64,000 nt of DNA from Octopus sinensis (lineage: Eukaryota): contig NC_043001.1 of NCBI RefSeq assembly GCF_006345805.1, positions 101,184,001 to 101,248,000 of the forward strand. Direction: 5' to 3'. The notes below the pieces were generated by a model, which did not search any database, was not told the origin of the DNA, and saw only the letters and a list, made by a program, of their open reading frames with translations. A program made the position numbers and the translations under genes. Within the stretch, counting starts at the first letter, position 1. Each line of letters begins with the position of its first letter. This document shows positions 36,815 to 48,465 of the stretch, piece after piece.

Positions 36815-37069
36815 GGATATATATATTGTGTGCGTATACTTTGCTTTTGTATTTAGTTTTCAAAATTCTTAATGTGAATACATGTACCGAAGCAAATTTA
36901 GTTGTGTCTAGGGAGAGTCATTCTGTCAATATTATTAACAAACACACTGGTTCAATTCTACTTCTTTTTTTGTTAGTGAATTGGCTGAGTATCAATCCAA
37001 CTAACTAATCAATTGCTTATATATGAGTGAGTAGACAAGCAAAAATAGGTGGTACTCAGCACATTTGTT

Positions 37070-37620
37070 GGGATTTACTTCATATCATTGGCTGACATGC
37101 CTGTGTAGTGTCTTGAAATAATCGCAGATGCTGCGAGGGTGGTTCTAAAGACTACAGCTTTGAGAAGCAGGATCCACCAGGTGGGCAGTTGATAGTGTTT
37201 TGGCCATTACAGGTTGCAGTGTGTATTGGTGGCTATATAGATGTGTGTTTGTATCTATTGTAGTGTGGAAGTAAGAATCAATATTGTTTAAGCAGAAGTG
37301 ACTGACCATGACGTTGTGTGGGTTGAAAAATCTACAATATTTATGTATTCTAGGGAAATGTCTTTTAATTTGCGTCAGGAAGTTTCTTGTTATGTTATTT
37401 GAAACTTCAAAGTTACATGGAACATTGAACTAGATTATCTGCTTTTTCTGACTCCTTGTATTCAGGTCTGAGTTTGGAATTGGAGTATCCTTCATGCATA
37501 CTAACTTCTCAGTGAATATATTCCTTGTTAATGCCTCTTTAAAATAGTGGGTGACACTGTTCAAAACACTGTCTCTACTGATAGTTTAGAGAGTTGTCAA
37601 CTTATGCTTGTAGCTGTTTT
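37070..37620 (-). pseudogene. Penelope-like element C-terminal remnant (thumb to GIY-YIG region)
   Basis: KKQII*FNVPCNFEVSNNITRNFLTQIKRHFPRIHKYCRFFNPHNVMVSHFCLNNI matches the PLE pattern IIWFNPPYS..V.TNIG..FL.LI.KHFP..H...KIFN..NVK.SYSC..N. Confidence 0.75.
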
Positions 37621-39329
37621 TAATTAAAACTGGAGAAGAATGAACTATCATTGTTTCTATCCAGACGTACACCCCTTTAACGAACTTTAAGCCACTGGCA
37701 GCCAACAATCCAAATATACCACGTTAGGCTTGGCTGCTCAGCCCCTGCCAGCCATATAGACTATAGTTCCGTTCATGCTGTCAATCCAACCTAGTGCTAC
37801 CAAATCTGGCGACTCCCATGGAAAGGTTGTTGCCAATTTGGAGTTAGTTCTCCCCTAACTTGCAACAACACCCCGTTCTGCCATGTGTAGCATCTAATGC
37901 AACAAACCCTTTAGATGCCTGACAAGTTAGGTCCATTCTGTGAGCCTATGAAAGATTAAATTGCATAGAGCTGTGTCAAACTGTTGTTAAATGATACACA
38001 CACACACGTTCATATCATTGCATGTGTATCAAACAATCTAACTGTGCAAGTGAAATAAAATTGTTGATAATACCTTCAAAAATGTTTTGAAAATCACATC
38101 TGATAAGATATATATATAAATATGTTCTTCTATTTTTCTGAATAGTAACCTTTTTGGAGTACCTATTGCTGTTTGACTGAACTGTTAGGTGTGTTGCTCT
38201 CAAATAAATATTTGTCGGTGTAACTACAATTGGCTACTTTGTTCATTTCATCTGTGGATCAGGGAAGCAGAATTGAGAAATGAATGTGTTCAGAAAGATT
38301 CATAGAAAATATTTCTTCTATTCCTTGAATATATAAATATGTTGATAAAAGTAAACCATTCTTTGGTTAATCCAATATAATTTCTAAATAAGCTGTTGCT
38401 ATCTGTTTGGACTTTAACACAATATATTAGAGATTTTGAAATTCAATTACCATCAAGGAGAATATTTGAGAATACATTATTATTTCATTTATTTATTTAC
38501 ATATTATATTTTTGAGAGAGAGAGTGAGTGACAGAGAGAGAGAGAGATTTTGGATACTGAAATGTACTTCTGTTTATGAAATGTTTGCAAGAAGGATAAC
38601 TTACCTTAAATGAATTTCTGTTAAAATCTTTATTTATGACTTTTAAAAGTATTAAAGGAGCAGAAATTTCATAAATTTTTGACAATGTATCTCAATACAT
38701 TTGGTGCAGGTGTTGTATTCTAATATCAGATATTTCTTAATTATCTTTTAAGCTTGAGGACATTATAACAAATTGTATATTCTAATTTATAAGTGAAGCC
38801 AGTTGTATTCAAAGCTTCATTGTCAAAATGCGAAGTACTAATAAATATGGCCTCATCTAAAGACAAATATATACACTTACTAACATTGCTGATTAAATTT
38901 TGTTGAATAGTGAGTGGGTGATTAAAGTTCTTATTTACATAAATAATCTTTCATTAGGCTTTTACTAAAGGGAACGTTTTACATCTCTTGATTTAAGATT
39001 ATTACATTAAATTTAATGTTATTACCAGGAAATTAATTATGCCAAATACTTTAATGACTCCTTTTCTAAATCTCTTTAGTTCCTGATCCTATGTACTGCT
39101 GTTTCATCTTATCATTGCAAGGTACAAAATCTTTTATGCAATTGTCAAAACATAGATTCTAATAATTATTTTGGTTGATTATGTGATCCCATGGAAACAT
39201 CAGACAGTTCATTCTTATCTCTTTTAGATGGGTTACTAAAAGACAAAAGGGATTCGGTTGGAAGTGTGCAATGATTCAAATCTCAGATTCACTAATTACA
39301 GCAATGCTTTCTTTGTCCTTTGTCTTTTG

Positions 39330-39462
39330 TCTTCTATCTTTTATTTGTTTCAGTCATTTGACTGTAGCCATGCTGGGGCACCACTTTGAAGAGTTTTTAG
39401 TCAACAAATTGACCGGAACACCTTTTTTAAACCAGGGACTTCTATCGGTCTCATTTAGAATT
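39330..39462 (-). mobile_element. S2 SINE tail
   Basis: TTTGTTTCAGTCATTTGACTGTAGCCATGCTGGGGCACCAC. Confidence 0.7.
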
Positions 39463-39464
39463 CT

Positions 39465-41247
39465 TATAAAGCATACTTTTACCATTCATTGTTAATCATT
39501 TTCTACTTTTATTTCAAAATGTAGGAAATATTTTGACTTTTCTATTTCCACAATGTCCAGATGTTCACCCCATGGACAATATCAAAGAAATGAATTCTAT
39601 ATTTGTTGTTTATATACTCTCACATGATTAATTGATTCATTTCGGCCCAGTTTTCCTAATGTAGTCTATATTGCATTTGGGCATGTGAGGCAGAAGATGA
39701 GATATTTGTTTTGCAGTTCTTGAATCGTTTGCTTGTTTCTTTTTCAGTTTTTTCACACACCTGACAACAAAGCTGTCCATAGTTTGTTCCTTCTTCTTCT
39801 GAGGTAAATTTAGCCTGTGTTAGGAGCCCTTTGAGGTTTGACAGTTGCCTTTGTCTCTTGATAATTTTAGATTCTTTAACTATTCATTGAAGATTTGATG
39901 ATTGATGTAGAATTCGACAGTATCATCAAATGCAAGATGTGGTTTTTAGGATTATGGGTGACTGTAAATGGAATATTTACGTATGAGTTTTTGTTTTTCC
40001 CCTCACTGTGAGTTTTTCTCTGTAAGATAGAGACTGGAGGAGTTTCTTTTGCTTTGGTTTTGCTATCATTTGGGATGTATTTTGTTTCTGAAGGAACATA
40101 TTTGGTTCTACTAGATGCTTATATGCATCTGTACCATATCAAATATGATGTTCTTTTTAGTGTGGAGTGGGTAGCAAGACTTAAAATCTAAATATGTGCT
40201 CTTGCAGCAGATAACTGTATCATTTTCTTTAATCATCAGGATATCCAAAAAAAGAAGGTCTCTTTCATTCATTTCCATTTTAAACTGGATCACTTCATGA
40301 ATTCTATTTATTAATGTAAGCAATCTTGTAAAGTCCTTTTTACTTCTGTTCCAAAATATGAAACAGCCATCTAGAAATCTTTTACAATTTCCTTTTAAAC
40401 AGGATTGTGGAAATGTTGATGCAAAGTAATTCCAGGCAGAGAATAGATTTTTCTTCTAGGTATCCTATTAAATGTGTCATAAAGGTTGGTGCAATTTTTG
40501 TTTCCATTGCTGTGCCTTGTATTTGTAGGTAATATCAGTTATCAAACCAGTTGTTTTCAGGTACCAATCATAATCTTTCAAGTATAAATTCTTTTAGGAA
40601 TCTCCCCTGAATTATTTGTTGATATTTGTCTCTCCAGAATTCTATTGCTTTTAATCCTAATCCATGGAGAATATTTTCATAGAGGCTGGTTGCATCAAAA
40701 CAAACCAGGATTGTCCCTATATTTATTCTTTCTATAACATGGTTTAGGAGGTGCCTGACATCTCTGATGAAACTAGGGACCAAAACAGTATCAAAATTAT
40801 GTCAAACTGCTTAATCTTTGGGTGCTAAATATTGGTCCAGCAGCAATTCGATGATCATTTTAAATTAGATGTTTTGGAGATTCTCATATATCTGGAGGTT
40901 CCTTAAGCCGTTATTGATTTATTTAGTTGAATGGTTTTTGAGAGTCTATAAAATTTGCTTGTTTTGCCTAAAAAATAGTGAGGAACCTAGCTCTTTTTTC
41001 TTTAAGTCATTTTCTAATTTTCAACTTGTTGGTTATTTCACCAATTTTATCCATTGTTTGTTTACCTGCATTGGTTTTTCATTTTTTGTAGAAACGTTGG
41101 TCATTTAGTCATTCAAAAACCATTTTCCTGCAATGGGTTTCGTCCAGTATTACTATAGCTTCTTCTTTGTCAGTTTCGATATGATTATAGAAAAGCATTT
41201 CTGCAGACATTCCAATGCATTTTGCACTTCATTCATTCTGTGTTTCA
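39465..41247 (-). pseudogene. Penelope-like retroelement: degenerate RT plus GIY-YIG endonuclease
   Basis: TDKEEAIVILD, VPSFIRD, FDATSLYENI..GLGLKAIEFW, QIQGTAMETKIAPTF, RFLDGCFIFW, LFLDIL and a C-terminal CNIDYIRKTG segment; many stops and frameshifts. Confidence 0.88.
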
Positions 41248-41438
41248 GTTCTGTTTTTAAGAGATGAGGAATTATGTACATTATTTACATTATTTACATT
41301 TGATGGATATTTGTCCTCATCTTGTTGTTAACACAATGATTCGGCTGATATACCCTCCAGCTTTCATCAGGTGCCTTGGAAAAATTTCAAACCTAGGTTC
41401 TTATTCCGAAGGTATTTTTTTGATGTTGTCGTTATCAC

Positions 41439-41491
<53 letters not shown>

Positions 41492-41566
41492 CCAATGCCT
41501 GGAATCGAACTTGGATTCTTGGGGTTAGTAGCCCATGCTCTTAAACAGTATGCCATATGCCCGTGG

Positions 41567-41567
<1 letters not shown>
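41248..41567 (-). mobile_element. Family B tRNA-headed element, second copy, with mutated hammerhead
   Basis: Head CCCACGGGCATATGG...AAGTTCGATTCC and an (AAT)n linker. The HHR at 41330-41375 reads CUGAUGA-A-AGCUG...CAGCC-GAAUC-AUU, with core substitutions. Confidence 0.82.
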
Positions 41568-41632
<65 letters not shown>

Positions 41633-41689
41633 TAATAATAATAATAATCAATACTCATAATTCTTCCATTAAATCTGTCCTAAACAGAT

Positions 41690-42728
41690 TCCTTGTATTC
41701 TTAGATACCATTAGTTTACTTTTCTGCATCATGTTTTTAAATTTTATTTCTGGTGAAATTTCACCCAAGAATTGAACTTGTTCTCTTGACACACCGTGAG
41801 CTATCCTAGTAGTTTTTTTTTATACACCGGTTTGCCTATCTTACTCCATTGGTTTTTCAATTTTCTTCAACTGGCATTTCGTCTCTATAAGCCCAATTTT
41901 ACCACACTTAAATCATGTTTTATCTTTAAAGGAGCAATCTTTCCTCAAATATCGGTCCCCACAACCATAGCACCGTTTTGAATTTATATATTTTCTTCTA
42001 TCTGTATTTTCTTTTCACATTTGTACGTTATTATTATTGCCTTCTATTTTTCTTGTATCATCTCGAAGGTTATTTGTTGGCATTCCTCAGCCACTTTCTG
42101 CAAGGTTAGTTTCACATCTTGATTCAGTTTTGATTATATTCTTTTTTCTAATTTCCGCATCTTCCATTGCCACCAGCCCTTTAACGAATATTAGGCACTT
42201 GAACATATCTGGCATTAATTCTTCCAGTTTAAACCTTTCGCAAGCCTTATTAACCATACCAGCATATGTTACAAAGTCATTGAACTCATTTTTCTTTAAA
42301 TTTAAATATTCCCACCGAATGTTAAACTGCAAACTTTTCTTGCTAAAAAGTATTAGTAAAAATATTCATCATTTCATCAAAACACAATTCCGTGGGCTTT
42401 CTCGGTGAAAGAAAAAACTTTCATGTTCCAGAAGGGCAAGCTTTTGCAAAAGAAGTCTTACCTTCCTTTCACTAGACCATCCCTTGCATTCTTCTTGGAA
42501 TATGTCTTCGTATTGTCTGTAATATGCAGCAAAAGTAGTTCCTTCATTTGGTTTGTGGTGAAATTCTTTGATGGAATTTGCAACACCATCTGCTGAAAAT
42601 GATTCTGTCGTATTTTTCAACTGCAGTAACAATTCTGTTAACTTCTGTAGTTGCTGCTGCTGCTGCTCTTGTTGTTTGACAACTGTTTTCAGTAACTCTT
42701 TCGGTATTATTCGAAACCTCATTGCCAC
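41690..42728 (-). pseudogene. Ty3/Gypsy internal region: PBS, degenerate gag with two zinc knuckles, start of protease; truncated
   Basis: SADGVANSIKEFHHKPNEGTTFAAYYRQYEDIFQEECKGWSSERKVRLLLQKL and DFVTYAGMVNKACERFKLEELMPDMFKCLIFVKGL are nematode K02A2.6-like (Mag-type) gag segments as I recall them. CYGCGDRYLRKDC and *FKCGKIGLIETKC are decayed CCHC motifs. PBS TGGCAATGAGG can be explained as CpG-decayed TGGCGACGAGG, complementary to the tRNA-Ser(GCU) 3' end. Confidence 0.85.
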
Positions 42729-43334
42729 TGTTATATCGCATGTTCAGATGGCGTGCCTTCACCAATAACGTACCTCTACTCAACTACTAAATTCTCACTT
42801 CTGACGACTCGACTCAACAGAACTCAACATCTAGTCTACCGATGGCTCCAGATCGCCCTTCACGACACCGACTCGCTATGACATCCACTATTCATACATA
42901 TTGGACTAGCCTACTTATCATCTGGAGGCATCCACACAACAGCATGTATTGCTACTAAACAATATCAATGACTCTTAAGACATCTGAAGTGTCATTGATA
43001 TTGTTTAGAGGCAATATCAGTCATGAATATTCGACAGTTTTGTGGCATCAGTGCTAACGTATTGTTTGATGATATAAATGCACACACATACACACATACG
43101 CACACATCTTTGGAGCTATGATCCAAGCCACGTCCTCCTGAAGCAATTCCTTCTAAATAACAAACTATTATTTTCCAATCTTTGTCTTAGGAGTCACAGT
43201 TCAGGAGTTCCTCTGCTACATGTTCTGTACATGTTTATACCTATTATGAATTTATTATATTTATAATGTTATTATTAATATTCATGTTTATCTTCCTAAT
43301 GTATTTCCCTTACTGTAATGAAACACATGTAACA
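42729..43334 (-). mobile_element. 5' LTR (606 bp) of the Gypsy element
   Basis: The minus strand starts TGTTAC and ends ATAACA (TG...CA, 5-bp inverted termini), followed directly by the PBS. Confidence 0.75.
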
Positions 43335-43431
43335 ACGAATTGAAAATATACCAAATTTTCCAGTTTTTAAAAAAAAAAAAATATATATATATATAGTGTA
43401 ATATATATAGTAAATATCATATATATGATAC

Positions 43432-43586
43432 TCACAGAGTGGTTGGCATTAGGAAGGGCATCCAGCTGTAGAAACACTGCCAAATCAGACCAGAGCCTGG
43501 TGTAGCCTCCATGGCTTACCAGACACCGGTCGAACCGTCCAACACATGCTAGCATGGAAAACGGACGTTAAATGATGATGATGATA
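43432..43586 (+). mobile_element. S3 element
   Basis: GAGTGGTTGGCATTAGGAAGGGCATCCAGCTGTAGAAACAC...AACGGACGTTAAATGATGATG. Confidence 0.85.
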
Positions 43587-43913
43587 CTATGGGAGTGTGT
43601 GTGTGTGCATGTATGATTTTGTGTACGTGCTTCCCCATTCCATATTGATAAATTATATACTTATAAAGTGTAAAGCTGAGCGATAACACATTAACTAGGA
43701 TGGGGAACAAGGCTATCACAGGTAACTTTCCCAGGTGATTTGATAGCTTTATGGTTTGGCTAGAATTAATCTTGTAGTATTGATTGAATGCATGTGTGTA
43801 TGTGTGCATGTGTATGTGCGTGTATGCATACATATATATGTGTATATATGTGCTAATATACACACACACACATATATACATAAGTATATATATATATATA
43901 TATATATATATCC

Positions 43914-43963
<50 letters not shown>

Positions 43964-44454
43964 ATATATACATATATACATATATATACCTTATCATTAT
44001 CATCATTATCATCATAGTCATAATTTTTATGCAGACGTTTTGACATTTGTGTGTGTATATAAACATATTTATATTTATATGTATATATATATACATATAT
44101 ATATGTATGTATATGTGTGTATGTGTATGTATATTTGTATGAATGTATAAAAAACATTCTAATACTAGCATACATAACATATTTACTTTCACCTGTCAAC
44201 TATTTAAAGTGTTTAAATTGTAAAAATCTAAAATAAAATTTCATGAATATTGCAAGAAAGGAGAAAAGTTAGAGCTACATAATAAGTTATGGCACAGAGC
44301 CCTCCTCCAAAGAAACGTTCTATAAATCATCCCTGTGAGATATGAATAAAACATAGGAGGAGCATCGTTGTGTAAATCATCCTCGTCACCCAGAAGCTGC
44401 TGTCATTGAAGCTGATGTTCACTTCAACAGGGAAATCTGGCTCCCATAAACAAT

Positions 44455-44690
44455 AATAATCTTTTATCTTTTATCTTTAATTCATTTCAAGTCTTGGACT
44501 GCAGCCATGTTCAGGAACCACCTTTCAAGAATGCTCTTGCAGAGAGAATTGAACCCCAGTACTTTCATTCAGCCGGGTACTTATCGTATCGCTCTCTTTT
44601 GCTAAGCCACTAATTCACAGGGATGCAAACACACAAACACAGGTTGTCCAGTGGTAGGGGTAGGGGAAATAAAGACACATACTCACACAC
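44455..44690 (-). mobile_element. S2 SINE, 3' half
   Basis: Reverse complement of the S2 tail, degenerate. Confidence 0.65.
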
Positions 44691-44908
44691 ACACATATAT
44701 GTACCTACATACATGCATACACATGTATGTGTGTGTGTATGTGTGTGTGTACATATATATATATACATATATGTATAGTTCAGTAAAATTTAGATTCAGT
44801 TGAATATGGTACTTAAGTTTAAGGCACCAGAATTTGGTATGGTATTATCCATATAATTCAAAATGGGGTGATTACAATCAAAATAAGCAACAAAGATATC
44901 CAGAGGTA

Positions 44909-44994
44909 ATGCAGTACAATTGTTTCATGCGACTCCATTTAATTGAAGAATGCAACTATTACATCAGTTTTGAAATGTAGAGCAATCTTCAGCT
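44909..44994 (-). ncRNA. Hammerhead motif family C, helix I 5' strand truncated
   Basis: AG-CUGAAGA-[59 nt]-GAAAC-AAUU-GUA-CUGCAU. Confidence 0.55.
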
Positions 44995-45704
44995 TAATAC
45001 TAAACTTAATACTAATACTTCACTCTTAATACTAAATTTAAGTATTTCTCTTTTTAGAAGCTTACATCTTAGTTGCCTCCCTTCCACTGTATTTTAAAGA
45101 TTTTGGTATGTATGCCAATTAATACTTTATTTACTAGGAATATTCTCATAAAAAGTTCTTCTAAATCCCCATTAATTAATATTCAAAACCTGATAAAGAA
45201 TAAATAATAATATCTAAGTTACTTGGTTTCTATTTCTCTAAAACAACCCTACCCTCATGATCTTTGTACGTATTGGAAAGCTTTATAAATGGATTATAAA
45301 TAAAGAAGTATATAACATTTTATAAGTACCAATTAATAATTATAAATTATTGTATAAGGAATAATAATAGCATTTTCTTAAATCTATAATAGAACCCAAA
45401 ATTTTATATAAGTTTTATTAAAAATATAACTTTTGCCCAATAACTTGATCATTTCTTTACCCGATTTTAAACACTAGTCATTTATGATAATTCCCATGTT
45501 AAGTAAATATAAATTTTAGTCTAGAAATTATAACAAAGTAAAATCAATGATAAGCAGTGTCTTCCTGTGAAAAAATATCAATTACAACTATGACGTTGTT
45601 GATGAAACTTGTTCTTTGTCTATCTACTTATCCTCTTTGTGATTTTGGTTAATGGAATAACTATACAAATGAATCCTTTGAATTTAACTAAATTCCATAT
45701 TTTT

Positions 45705-45794
45705 ATGCAGCTGAAGATTGCTCTACATTTCAAAACTGATGTAATAGTTGCATTCTTCAATTAAATGGAGTCGCATGAAACAATCATACTGCAT
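45705..45794 (+). ncRNA. Hammerhead motif family C, with a helix III mismatch
   Basis: AUGCAG-CUGAAGA-[59 nt]-GAAAC-AAUC-AUA-CUGCAU. Perfect 6-bp helix I; G16.2 to A is consistent with CpG decay. Confidence 0.62.
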
Positions 45795-46092
45795 TACCTC
45801 TGGATATCCTTGTTGCTTACTTTGATTATATATATATATATATATATATATTGGAAGGTTTGGAGATGATGTACAGGTATTTTATATTAGAAAAAATGAG
45901 GTACTCAGAAATTCAGATGGTTTTATATTTACAGATATTTATTTGTATATTACATGTTTTTATACATTATATAACTTAGATCATATATTAGTGATTTCTC
46001 CGATTCTAGTGGGGTTTTCAAATCAAACTAAGTTCCTGCGAAAATGTTTTGACCATTTTATAGTGTTATTTGAGTGTGTATATATATATATA

Positions 46093-46255
46093 TGATAGGC
46101 TTCTTTCAGTTTCCATCTCCCAAATCCACTCACAAGGCTTTGTTCAGCTCAACCTGAAATTATAGTAAAATACATATATCCAAGGTGCCACACAGTGGAA
46201 CTGAAACTGGAACTATGTGGTTGGGAAGCAAGCTTCTTCCCACTCGGCCACGTCT
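46093..46255 (-). mobile_element. S2 SINE, 5' half
   Basis: GGCTTCTTTCAGTTTCCATCTCCCAAATCCACTCACAAGGC. Confidence 0.75.
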
Positions 46256-46673
46256 GTCACCAGATTAGGACAAAAACATTTTAAGAGATCTTTCAATATC
46301 ACCAATAAACAATTTAATTGTTGTGAAAGAAGAACTACAACTGATCATAGAGAAACGGTGCCCCAGGAAATAATTCTCAAGTCCACAGCAATGTAGCTCA
46401 TAGTCCTGACATAATTAACAAATGGCTAAGTTCACCAAGTTATAAATAGATTCCATGTAGTTCCTACAAGTAAACTGACCAAATGGTTATTGCTCTCAGC
46501 TTGTACTTTGTATGTCTTGTGTTTGAATTCCTTGCCAAAATTTTGATGTGAATTTAGGTAGTGTGTCCTTCAGCTCTTTTAGCTTTCAGATAAAAGCAGC
46601 AGATCCTCTTTGTATATCATTAATGATAGAGAGACATCTTTCATCTGCTTTACAATCTCTGGATCTCATCTGT

Positions 46674-46752
<79 letters not shown>

Positions 46753-47095
46753 ATATATACATATATAGATATAGATATATAATTGTGAAAATGACCAGCG
46801 GCCACTGATCATTTTCACGATTACAGCCAACGAATCTAGTCAATGCACAAGACAGCCATTATGTTCCCCCAACAAAACATCACTATGTGGACTTTGTTGA
46901 GACCAGTAAGAAATAATTATGAACTTTTTTATTACACTTAACTTTTAAAAATATTTTTGATAAGGTTCGTTTTTTTCAAGAAGAACCGAAACGTAGAATT
47001 TCTAAGAAAATTAAAATTTATCATATATAGTGGCGTTTTCAAACTTCTTTTTTATAAATATATACCCGCTCGTCTGCCACCTACACTTTTTATAA

Positions 47096-47167
<72 letters not shown>

Positions 47168-47174
47168 ATATATA

Positions 47175-47338
47175 CGACGGGCTTCTTCCAGTTTCCGTCC
47201 ACCAAATCCACTCACAAGGCTTTTGTCAGACCGAGGCTATAGTAGAAGACACTTACCCAAGGTGCCACACAGTGAGACTGAACCCCAGACCATGTGGTTG
47301 GTAAGCAAGCTACTTACCACACACCCACTCCTGCACCT
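47175..47338 (-). mobile_element. S2 SINE, 5' half
   Basis: ACGACGGGCTTCTTCCAGTTTCCGTCCACCAAATCC...CACACACCCACTCCTGCACC. Confidence 0.85.
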
Positions 47339-47354
47339 ATAAATATATATATAT

Positions 47355-47522
47355 AGGGAGAATTCACAAAAAAAGACAAAAGATGAAGGCAAATGGTGCA
47401 GACGACAAACAGATGTATTAGTTTAACGCTCAGGAAGTGAAAAAGTCTTTAACGTTTCAAGCCTACAGAAAGAAACAAGGAGAGAAAATAAAGAATGTGT
47501 AGTGGCTAGCGATCTATCATGG
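47355..47522 (-). mobile_element. Family D PLE-type terminal repeat, hammerhead core deleted
   Basis: Homologous to 60900-61132; reads UCUUUCUG-[deletion]-UAGGCUUGAAACGUUAAAGAC; ends at (TA)n. Confidence 0.7.
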
Positions 47523-47529
47523 TGAAAAC

Positions 47530-47591
<62 letters not shown>

Positions 47592-47599
<8 letters not shown>

Positions 47600-47921
47600 C
47601 ACATAAAAAGTACCATCCGAACGTGGCCGATGCCAGCACCGCCTTGACTGGCTTCTGTGCCGGTAGCACATAAAAAAAAGCACCAACCGATCGTGGCAGA
47701 TGCCAGACCCCTCTGGCACCTGTGCAGGTGGCACGTAAAAAGCACCCACTACACTCGCGGAGTGGTTGGCGTTAGGAAGGGCATCCAGCTGTAGAAACAC
47801 TGCCAGATGAGACTGGAGCCTGGGGCAGCCCCTGGCTCCCCAGACCCCGGTCGAACCGTCCAACCCGTGCTAGCACGGAAAACGGACATTAAACGATGAT
47901 GATGATGATGATGATGATGAT
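47592..47921 (+). mobile_element. S3 element, near full length
   Basis: GGTGGCACATAAAAAGTACC modules, GAGTGGTTGGCGTTAGGAAGGGCATCC and a (GAT)n tail. Confidence 0.85.
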
Positions 47922-48074
47922 ATAGATAGGTATGTATGTATATACTCAACAGGTTTCTTTCAGTTTTCATGTACCAAATCCGCTCACGAAGCTTTGGTTG
48001 TTGGCCATTAAGAAGAATCAATGTCTACTGTGGTTTCTATTTAGAAATTACTTTCATACCATAACTTCATGGTA

Positions 48075-48465
48075 AGAAGTTTATTTTCCAACCACATGAT
48101 TCCAGGTTCAGTCCCACTTCGTCGCAGCTTTAGCAAGTGTCTTCTTTTATAGCTTTGGGCCAAGCAAAGCCTTGAGAAGATTTGGTAGACCGAACCTGAA
48201 AACACCCCATAGTGTGTGTGTGTGTGTTTGTATGTGTTTGTGTCTTTGTGTATGTGTTTGTTCCCCCACCCCACTGCTTGACAACCAGTGTTGGTTTGCT
48301 TATGTCCCTGTAACTGAGTGGTTCAGCCAAAGAGACTGATATAATAAGTACTAGGCTTAAAAAAAAATAGTGGGTTTGATTCATTTGACTAAAGATTTCC
48401 AAGCCTGTGCTCCAGCATGGCCGTAGTCTAATGAGTGAAACAAGTAAAAGACAAAAGATAAAAGA
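48075..48465 (+). mobile_element. S2 SINE
   Basis: Head, core, TG linker and tail are all recognisable. Confidence 0.8.

Larger units (their letters stand above)
44876..45827. mobile_element. PLE-type terminal repeat (45000-45827, +) with an inverted truncated copy (44876-44994, -); hammerhead family C
   Basis: 119-bp inverted arms (44876-44994 and 45709-45827) with 4 differences and an AT-rich interior; the right end abuts (TA)n. Confidence 0.75.

Noticed and set aside
46299-46405. DYELHCCGLENY resembles the tetraspanin CCG motif
   Set aside because: No following DW or PxSCC motif, weak splice sites and no other tetraspanin exons found
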